In this document: positions 9,036 through 16,004 of the stretch, piece after piece | How the letters are laid out: the number at the start of each line of letters is the position of its first letter | Position numbering within the stretch: position 1 is the stretch's first letter | From: Euryarchaeota archaeon UBA91 | GTDB lineage: Archaea; Thermoplasmatota; Poseidoniia; Poseidoniales; Poseidoniaceae | NCBI GenBank assembly: GCA_002499705.1 | Contig: DAMU01000040.1 | Coordinates: 114-64,113 of the forward strand | Length of the DNA: 64,000 nt | Direction of reading: 5' to 3' | The notes under the pieces: model-generated | The model's input: the letters and a program-made list of their open reading frames with translations, nothing else | Told to the model about the DNA's origin: nothing | The model's database searches: none | Made by a program: the position numbers and the translations under genes

Positions 9036-11081
9036 ATGGAACATCCACTAACAATGATGTATGGACCATTTTCTGGATGGATTCTATTGCTCATCCTCGG
9101 TGGCGTTTCAGGCTCTTTTTTCGCCTATCAAGTCGTCAAAGCCTCACGTCTTGTTCTGATCGGTTCTTCTGATGACCGATTTGATAATTGGGGAGCGCGC
9201 ATTAAGGAAGTCATTACCGGCTGGCTCGGCCAGAAAAAAGTTCTCAAAGACCGTGTTGCAGGCGGTATACACGTCCTCATGTTTTGGGGATTTTTGATGC
9301 TTTCAACTGATATGTTTGATTTAGCAACAGCGAATTGGTTTTCCCATAACATTTTGCCAAACCTCATACGCGGTCCATGGAATTTGGTTGTTGAAACCGG
9401 TTACACACTTGCTCTGATTGGTTGTATGGCTGCATTGGTCCGACGCGTAATATTTACCCCTGAAAAGTTGAAGGGGAAATCACAACTTGAAGGGAACTTC
9501 ATTCTTGTTCTAATTATGACCATCACGGTCACCTCTTTCTTTGTTGAAGCGGGTGAATCCACAGTTTCTTCAACTTGGGAGCCAATCGGCGCATGGGTTG
9601 CTTCAACAATTGTACCCAGTTCAACAGTGGTTGTTGGTGCATATTGGATGCACATGCTTGCAATTTCGACATTTTTATTCTTGATTCCGTTATCCAAACA
9701 CATGCATTTAGTCATGGCATTTCCGAATGTTTTCTTCCACGATATGCGGCCAATGGGCGCAATGGAGCCACTTGCAAGAGGCGAAGATGGAAAGGCAGTA
9801 ACTTTGGACGATCTTGATATTGAATCGTTTGGAACGGTCAATTATACTGACTTGACGTGGCGTAATCTCATCGATGGCTGGGCATGCACTTCGTGTGCAC
9901 GATGTCAAGATGTCTGCCCTGCTTATGCATCGGGTAAAGCCCTTAATCCAATGCAAATTATTCACGATGTCCGCCATTACGCTAACGATAATGCGACTAC
10001 ACTTCTCGCAGGAGAAACGCCTGAGCAAGATATCATTGCTCGTTTTGGTGAAGATGCAATTTGGGCGTGCACAACCTGCCATGCATGCGTGGAGGCTTGC
10101 CCGATTTACATTGACCACGTTCCAAAATTAACCGACGCTCGTCGCCACTTGATGATGGAGCGTATGGAATTTGATGAATCGGTTGAGGAAACTGTGATGC
10201 CTCTCATGGCGACCATTGAAAATCTCGAATCCGATTCAAACCCCTATGGCTTGCCGTCACACGAACGAGCAGATTGGGCTGCTGACCTTGATGTCAAAGT
10301 TGCAGAACCGGCAGAATACATCTACTTCGCTGGATGTGCAGCATCATTTGATGAGCGAAACAAGAAAGTCGCGAGAGACACCATCAACATCATGAAAGAA
10401 GCCGGGCTTGACGTTGGTATTCTTGGCATGGAAGAAGGCTGCAGCGGTGATGCTGCTCGTCGAGCAGGAAATGAATACCTGTTCCAGATGCTCGCAGAAA
10501 CAAACATTGCAACATTCGAAGAAATCGGTGTGAAGAAAATCGTCGCATCATGCCCGCACTGTTTCCATACACTTGGAAAAGAGTACAAGGATTACGGTGG
10601 AGCAGATATTGAAGTCATGCATCATTCGCAATTGATTAATCACTTGCAGGTTGAGGGGATGCTTCCTGAACCCAAGCATGACGGTTCAGTCACGTATCAC
10701 GATCCTTGCTATTTGGGTCGCATAGGAGGCGAATTAAAAGCACCTCGAGACGCTATCGGTGGCGTAGATATTGAAACTGAACGGCATGGAAATGAATCCT
10801 TCTGCTGTGGCGCTGGTGGCGCTCAAATGTGGATGGAAGAGCACGTTGATGATGGCTATGACCGTGTGAACATTATCCGTTCAAAGGAACTTGCAGAAAC
10901 CGGTGCTGATACCGTTGCAGTCGGTTGTCCATTCTGTTCAACCATGGTTACCGACGGACTCTCTGCGATTGGCTCTGAAATGGAAGTCAAAGATATCGCA
11001 GAAATTGTTTGGGAACAAATCAAGGCTAATGATGCGGCGATTGAGGCAAAGAAGGCAAAAGCGGAAACTGCTGAGGCTTGA
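9036..11081 (+). CDS. Membrane-bound Fe-S oxidoreductase: NarI/DsrM/HmeC-like cytochrome b domain fused to an HdrD/GlpC/DsrK-like domain
   Basis: N-terminal ~6 TM helices carry conserved His residues (GGIHVLMFWGF; HMLAISTFLFLIPLSKHMHLV). Two ferredoxin motifs: CTSCARCQDVCP and CTTCHACVEACP. Two CCG-type Cys-rich regions: ASCPHCFHTLG; FCCGAGG...GCPFC. The track start at 8976 is TTG. ATG at 9036 follows a GAGGGGG Shine-Dalgarno-like motif. Confidence 0.8.
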   Translation: MEHPLTMMYGPFSGWILLLILGGVSGSFFAYQVVKASRLVLIGSSDDRFDNWGARIKEVITGWLGQKKVLKDRVAGGIHVLMFWGFLMLSTDMFDLATANWFSHNILPNLIRGPWNLVVETGYTLALIGCMAALVRRVIFTPEKLKGKSQLEGNFILVLIMTITVTSFFVEAGESTVSSTWEPIGAWVASTIVPSSTVVVGAYWMHMLAISTFLFLIPLSKHMHLVMAFPNVFFHDMRPMGAMEPLARGEDGKAVTLDDLDIESFGTVNYTDLTWRNLIDGWACTSCARCQDVCPAYASGKALNPMQIIHDVRHYANDNATTLLAGETPEQDIIARFGEDAIWACTTCHACVEACPIYIDHVPKLTDARRHLMMERMEFDESVEETVMPLMATIENLESDSNPYGLPSHERADWAADLDVKVAEPAEYIYFAGCAASFDERNKKVARDTINIMKEAGLDVGILGMEEGCSGDAARRAGNEYLFQMLAETNIATFEEIGVKKIVASCPHCFHTLGKEYKDYGGADIEVMHHSQLINHLQVEGMLPEPKHDGSVTYHDPCYLGRIGGELKAPRDAIGGVDIETERHGNESFCCGAGGAQMWMEEHVDDGYDRVNIIRSKELAETGADTVAVGCPFCSTMVTDGLSAIGSEMEVKDIAEIVWEQIKANDAAIEAKKAKAETAEA

Positions 11082-11101
11082 TCAACCGATGAGGTGGGCT
11101 T

Positions 11102-12058
11102 GTGGTTCTGCATCTATCTCAGAGCCACTTACTTGAATGGTATTCCGAGAAAAAAAGAGATTTACCTTGGCGTCATACGAATGACAGTTGGAAAATCCTT
11201 CTTTCTGAAATTCTACTTCAGCAAACCCAAGTAAGTCGCGGAATTGAGTACTGGCTCAAACTCGTTGAACGCTTCCCTACTCCTCAATCAATGGCTGATG
11301 CAGATGTTGATGAGGTGCTTCATCTCTGGCAAGGTGCGGGCTACTACAGCCGAGCACGACGTCTTCATGCTTTAGCTTGCCAAGTTTGCCTGCCATCTGA
11401 ACAAGGGGGCTATAACGGAATACTGCCGACTTCCTCTACCGAACTACTCGGATTGCCCGGAGTTGGGCCATATACCGCAGCAGCAGTTGCGAGTATCGCA
11501 CATGGCGAGCCAGTCGCTTGTGTTGACGGTAATATCCGCAGGGTTATGGCACGGCAGAATAAATCATTGAATCCCACAGTCAAAGAGGTGGAATCTTGGG
11601 CGCAGAGCACACTTTTCGCAAACGATGCAGGTAACTGGAACCAGGCATTGATGGAATTGGGTGCTACAGTTTGTACGCCAAAGCGCCCAAAATGTGATCA
11701 ATGCCCAGTGTCGAAAACCTGTTCGGGGAAAAGTGATGCATTATCGTTCCCACAGCCAAAAAAAGTGAAGAGAAAACGACTTGATCTCATGTGTGAACTT
11801 CGCTATGACGCCTCCGGGCTACCACACCTTGCCAAAAGGGGGAATGACGGTATTTTAGCCGGACTTTGGGGCCCACGGATGGAAGAGGAGATTGAGGTAG
11901 ATGCACTTTCATTTATTGGTGAAATCAAGCACGTACTTTCGCATCGAGATATTTTTGTTCAAGTTTGGATGGGTTCATGTGAGCAGGGAATCGATCCGTC
12001 CACGGTCGCACTCTCCTCCTTAGACCAGAAGATTCTCGCTCTTGGAGGCCGTCAATGA
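11102..12058 (+). CDS. mutY: A/G-specific adenine DNA glycosylase (MutY)
   Basis: LLEWYSEKKRDLPWR, EILLQQTQV, HhH LPGVGPYTAAAV, canonical Fe-S loop CTPKRPKCDQCPVSKTC, C-terminal NUDIX-like extension. GTG start, no nearby ATG. Confidence 0.85.
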   Translation: MVLHLSQSHLLEWYSEKKRDLPWRHTNDSWKILLSEILLQQTQVSRGIEYWLKLVERFPTPQSMADADVDEVLHLWQGAGYYSRARRLHALACQVCLPSEQGGYNGILPTSSTELLGLPGVGPYTAAAVASIAHGEPVACVDGNIRRVMARQNKSLNPTVKEVESWAQSTLFANDAGNWNQALMELGATVCTPKRPKCDQCPVSKTCSGKSDALSFPQPKKVKRKRLDLMCELRYDASGLPHLAKRGNDGILAGLWGPRMEEEIEVDALSFIGEIKHVLSHRDIFVQVWMGSCEQGIDPSTVALSSLDQKILALGGRQ

Positions 12059-12714
12059 TGCATATCCTTGTTGTAGACCTGTTGGCTGAACGGCGAGCCT
12101 TTGGTCGAGAAGGTGTACGAGAAATTCTTTCTCATTTTAATTCAAGCAAGGTATCTCTTTGGTCACCTCATGTATCCCAAAGAGTTGATTATGAATTTGG
12201 AACAGTTGTAGAACACCCTGTTGATGCAGATTTGATTATCATTACCGGTTCAAAAAGAAATGTTTCTCAATGGGAAGGGTGGATGGATGAAGTTGCACAC
12301 TTGATTCAAACGACAACTACCCCGATGCTTGGCATATGCTTTGGTCACCAAATCATAGCAGCCTCACTGGGTGGCCAGGTGAGGCGAGCGGAACAAAACA
12401 GTGCCTTTGTTCGCGAAGTGACCTATGATGATGGCCGAGTGGTTCATGCCCTTTTTACCCATCAAGACCACGTTGTTGACGCGGGTGAAATGAACGTAAT
12501 TGCTTCCTCACAACATTGCTCAATCGCAGCCTGTCAACACCCTGAACGACCGATACTTACCGTTCAATATCACCCCGAAGCAGTTTCAAACGTGATCGAA
12601 AAAGCGCTTCAACTCGGTGAGATGACCAAAGAAGAGTGTCTTCAATTCGATTTAGAATTACCGATTATCAACATGACAGATGCGTTGGTTAAACCGCTTC
12701 AGTCACTTGAATGA
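12055..12714 (+). CDS. Class I glutamine amidotransferase-like protein
   Basis: Nucleophile elbow GICFGHQ and His-Glu pair in VQYHPEA. ATGA start/stop overlap with mutY. Confidence 0.8.
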   Translation: MMHILVVDLLAERRAFGREGVREILSHFNSSKVSLWSPHVSQRVDYEFGTVVEHPVDADLIIITGSKRNVSQWEGWMDEVAHLIQTTTTPMLGICFGHQIIAASLGGQVRRAEQNSAFVREVTYDDGRVVHALFTHQDHVVDAGEMNVIASSQHCSIAACQHPERPILTVQYHPEAVSNVIEKALQLGEMTKEECLQFDLELPIINMTDALVKPLQSLE

Positions 12715-13421
12715 GATGCCTCGTTTTCTTTCAAGTCCCAATCGATTGAGGCCATGGTGATGATAAGGCCAAGGAAAAGGAGGTACTCCGCAGGGGCGGC
12801 AAAATCAATCACCGGCTGTAATTCATCAAGCCTGAATTGAAGTGAACCATTTTGTGTCAGATTTGACCTGTTAAATGCAACATATAACACGATAATAAGG
12901 TTCATTATAACAAAGCCAAACAATGCCATGACGAGCCCAACACGGCGGAGTTTTTTTGCCGCTTTCCTTGTAATATCAAAGAGAAAATGTGTTGAACTTC
13001 CCCAAATTAACCCGCCTCCGAATACGAAAATAGAAGCAACACAATGCAAGACGAGATAGTCATACATATTTGCAAATGCCAACACGACAAGTGAGATGCC
13101 GGTCGTCATTCCAGAGGTGTGTGAAATACGCAATTTCGTAATTTGTTCCGAGGTATCAAACATATTTCTGAAACGATACGAAAGGATGCAAAGAACAACT
13201 CCAGTGAGTGCCAATCCAGTTGTGAATATCCATCGTTCAATTCCTGGGTAGTCAGATTCAGAGATAAAAAAAGGAACATCTCTAGCATTCCCACTTATGA
13301 GATGAACTCCCATCGAACAGGTAACTGTCACCAACGGTAAGAGCCAACCTATTCGTGCAAGTGAGCGGTCACTCAAATTGAATGGAGTGGATTGAATCCC
13401 AGCCTTACTTTCAGGGTTCAC
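12699..13421 (-). CDS. Six-TM membrane protein, Frag1/DRAM/Sfk1-like
   Basis: Multi-pass hydrophobic profile. The segment VPFFISESDYPGIERWIFTTGLALTGVVLCILSYRF resembles the (L)PYISDTG..PE..(I/L)FG motif of DRAM/PGAP2/TMEM150 proteins. A later VLHCVASIFVFGGGLIWG block resembles the family's vH..ga..aF..g..y block. Overlaps the upstream SDR gene by 11 nt. Confidence 0.7.
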   Translation of the reverse strand: MNPESKAGIQSTPFNLSDRSLARIGWLLPLVTVTCSMGVHLISGNARDVPFFISESDYPGIERWIFTTGLALTGVVLCILSYRFRNMFDTSEQITKLRISHTSGMTTGISLVVLAFANMYDYLVLHCVASIFVFGGGLIWGSSTHFLFDITRKAAKKLRRVGLVMALFGFVIMNLIIVLYVAFNRSNLTQNGSLQFRLDELQPVIDFAAPAEYLLFLGLIITMASIDWDLKENEASHSSD

Positions 13422-14448
13422 TGTTAAATGCCTCCACAGTGTCCTTTATGCAAGTCTCAAATGATTCCCATTCGATGCCTAATACTTCAGTTGCTTTTTG
13501 AGAAGAGATATTTGCGTCACCTCTGAAATATCCTTTTACTGCTTTTCTTGTCATTCGGCGCTTAGCCCCAAACATTCCCAGCAGCCAATCCTGAAACACG
13601 ACAATGAACATCAAAGAGCGAGGTATGGCATATCGAGGTGATTTTGTATTTGGATAGATTTCACGGATGGTTCTGCATACATCAGCAATGGTTTTGTTTT
13701 TGTGAGGAGCTACAATGAATCGACCTTCTGCCTCTTCAACTTCAAATGCTCTGCGATGAGCAATAGCCACATCTCGAACATGGACGATTGGTATTGGGAT
13801 TTTTGGGGCAACGGGGAATTTTCCTGCCATTGCATCTGGGAAATAATCGACACTCGGTGTTGGTTCGACAAATCCTCCTCCAAGAACTCCACCAGGATTA
13901 ATGACGCGTAAATCCAATTGGTGCTTTTCTGCAAGCGTCCATGCCAGCCTTTCTGATTCTGTTTTAGCGACGGTATATGGTGAAGAGCGGAGTGTCTGCC
14001 AGTCGTCTTCGTTTTTTTCACGTCCTTTTGGCAAAGAGCCTACTGCTGCAACGCTTGAAGTGTAAATCACCCTCGAAATGTTTGCCTTTTTTGCTGCTGT
14101 TAGAAGATGAGTGGTGCCTTTGTTGGCAGTATCAAGGATGATCTCGGCATCCTTAGAATTTGAATAAACAGTAGCTGTGTGGAATAAAGAATCGCACCCT
14201 TTGATTTTTTCAGTCCAACCGTCGGCATCTAATACGTCCCCTTCGACCAATTGTAGATTTTCTTCGCACCCGAGGTCGATGGCATGTTGACGTACATGGT
14301 CGACTTTGAGTGGGTCACTGAGATCCCGAACTGACCCAACGACTTTGTATCCGTGTTCAAGTAGGTCGCGAACAATATGGTTGCCAATATGGCCATTTAC
14401 TCCAGTAACAAAAATCGTCTTTGGAGCTGCCATAGTCGTCTCAACCAC
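13411..14448 (-). CDS. NAD(P)-dependent epimerase/dehydratase-family reductase (cinnamoyl-CoA/dihydroflavonol reductase-like SDR)
   Basis: Rossmann motif IFVTGVNGHIGNHIV; extended-SDR layout with YTVAKTESE (YxxxK). Confidence 0.85.
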   Translation of the reverse strand: MVETTMAAPKTIFVTGVNGHIGNHIVRDLLEHGYKVVGSVRDLSDPLKVDHVRQHAIDLGCEENLQLVEGDVLDADGWTEKIKGCDSLFHTATVYSNSKDAEIILDTANKGTTHLLTAAKKANISRVIYTSSVAAVGSLPKGREKNEDDWQTLRSSPYTVAKTESERLAWTLAEKHQLDLRVINPGGVLGGGFVEPTPSVDYFPDAMAGKFPVAPKIPIPIVHVRDVAIAHRRAFEVEEAEGRFIVAPHKNKTIADVCRTIREIYPNTKSPRYAIPRSLMFIVVFQDWLLGMFGAKRRMTRKAVKGYFRGDANISSQKATEVLGIEWESFETCIKDTVEAFNSEP

Positions 14449-14513
14449 ACTGCCCTACCGCCCGAGGTATCTTAACCTTCAAGTGAGGCTGTTCATACCG
14501 CTGGTTGAATCCC

Positions 14514-16004
14514 ATGCCTATCCGACTGCACGACACTCGAAGGAGAACTAAGGTCGATTTCGCGACTATGGAACCCGGGAAAGTTTCGATGTATGTCTGT
14601 GGTGTGACTGTTTACGACCGTTGCCACTTAGGTCATGCAAGGTGTTACTTGGCTTTTGATTTGATACATCGCTGGCTTGAAGCATCAGGATTTGACGTCC
14701 ATTATGTTCAAAACTTTACCGATATTGATGACAAAATTATTCATCGAGCTAATGAAACCGGAGTTGATTGGAAAGTCTTGGTTGATGAAAATATTGCCAC
14801 TTATTATGAAGATATGGACGCACTCAATATCCTACGAGCAGATGACTACCCTCGATGTACAGAATACGTGGATGACATGATTCGGATTACACAAGACCTC
14901 ATCGATAAGGGTCATGCGTATCAAACCGATGAAGGGGTTTACTTTCACATTGATTCTGCTCCAGAAAAATACGGTGCATTGACCGGTCAAAATATCGAAG
15001 CCGTTCGTTCAGGTGCAGGAGGTCGTGTTGGTGATACGGGCTCTGCAAAGAAAGACCACAAGGACTTCGCCCTTTGGAAAGCAGCCAAACCAGATGAACC
15101 TACTTGGGATTCTCCATGGGGTCCAGGTCGGCCAGGATGGCACATCGAATGTACGGCGATGTCAATGGATTATTTTGGCGCACAATTCGATATTCATGGC
15201 GGCGGTCATGACCTTCGATTCCCTCATCATGAGGCTGAAATTTTCCAAGGTGAATGCCATACGGGTTGCAGTCCAGTTGTCCATCATTGGTTGCATAATG
15301 GCTTTGTAAACATCGATGGGGAGAAAATGAGCAAGTCTCTTGGAAACTTCTGGACGATTCAAGACATCTTGGAAAAAGTAGACGCTATGGTTCTTCGATT
15401 TTCTTTGATTAATGCTCATTATCGTTCACCAATTGATATGAATGAAACAATTCTCAAAGATGCAGAGCGAAATTATAACCGAATTTTAGAGACCTATGTG
15501 CGCGCATTAAATCACTTTGATTCAGACTCGCCTCGAGTGGATTTACCACATGCAGAAATCTCGAGCCAGCAACCATTGTCTCGTTCATTAGGCATGCTTG
15601 AAAAAATGGGTGAAGGATTTGCTCAAGCCATGGATGATGATTTTAACAGCCGTGAAGCGGTTGCCAAAGTATTGGGAGCCGTCCGAGAAATCAGTAAGGT
15701 GCTTGACAGCGGTATTGATCACACCGATCGCCATGCGTTTGCTCACTACGCAGTCGATTGGCTCGAAGAAACTGCAGGAACGGTTCTTGGTGTTCTTCCT
15801 TCAAGAGAGATGGCTCTTGCAGAGCCAGAAGAAGACCCTCGTCGTGCAGAGGTGGCGGATGATGTTGAACGTTTACTTGTCGCTCGCGGCGAAGCACGAG
15901 CCTCCAAAGATTGGCCGAAGGCCGATGAGATTCGAGATCAACTCAAAGCGATGGGCGTTGTGGTCAAGGATACACCTGAAGGCCCTTCTTGGACCCTTGA
16001 ATAA
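14514..16004 (+). CDS. cysS: Cysteinyl-tRNA synthetase
   Basis: MYVCGVTVYD, HLGHAR (HIGH-type), GWHIECTAM, KMSKSLGN. The track start at 14505 is TTG; ATG at 14514 gives MPIRLHDTRRR, typical of CysS N-termini. Confidence 0.95.
   Translation: MPIRLHDTRRRTKVDFATMEPGKVSMYVCGVTVYDRCHLGHARCYLAFDLIHRWLEASGFDVHYVQNFTDIDDKIIHRANETGVDWKVLVDENIATYYEDMDALNILRADDYPRCTEYVDDMIRITQDLIDKGHAYQTDEGVYFHIDSAPEKYGALTGQNIEAVRSGAGGRVGDTGSAKKDHKDFALWKAAKPDEPTWDSPWGPGRPGWHIECTAMSMDYFGAQFDIHGGGHDLRFPHHEAEIFQGECHTGCSPVVHHWLHNGFVNIDGEKMSKSLGNFWTIQDILEKVDAMVLRFSLINAHYRSPIDMNETILKDAERNYNRILETYVRALNHFDSDSPRVDLPHAEISSQQPLSRSLGMLEKMGEGFAQAMDDDFNSREAVAKVLGAVREISKVLDSGIDHTDRHAFAHYAVDWLEETAGTVLGVLPSREMALAEPEEDPRRAEVADDVERLLVARGEARASKDWPKADEIRDQLKAMGVVVKDTPEGPSWTLE

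Noticed and set aside
9401-9841. 146-aa minus-strand ORF (also 9708..10118)
   Set aside because: It lies antisense within the Fe-S oxidoreductase gene, whose CxxCxxCxxxCP and CCG motifs fix the coding strand.
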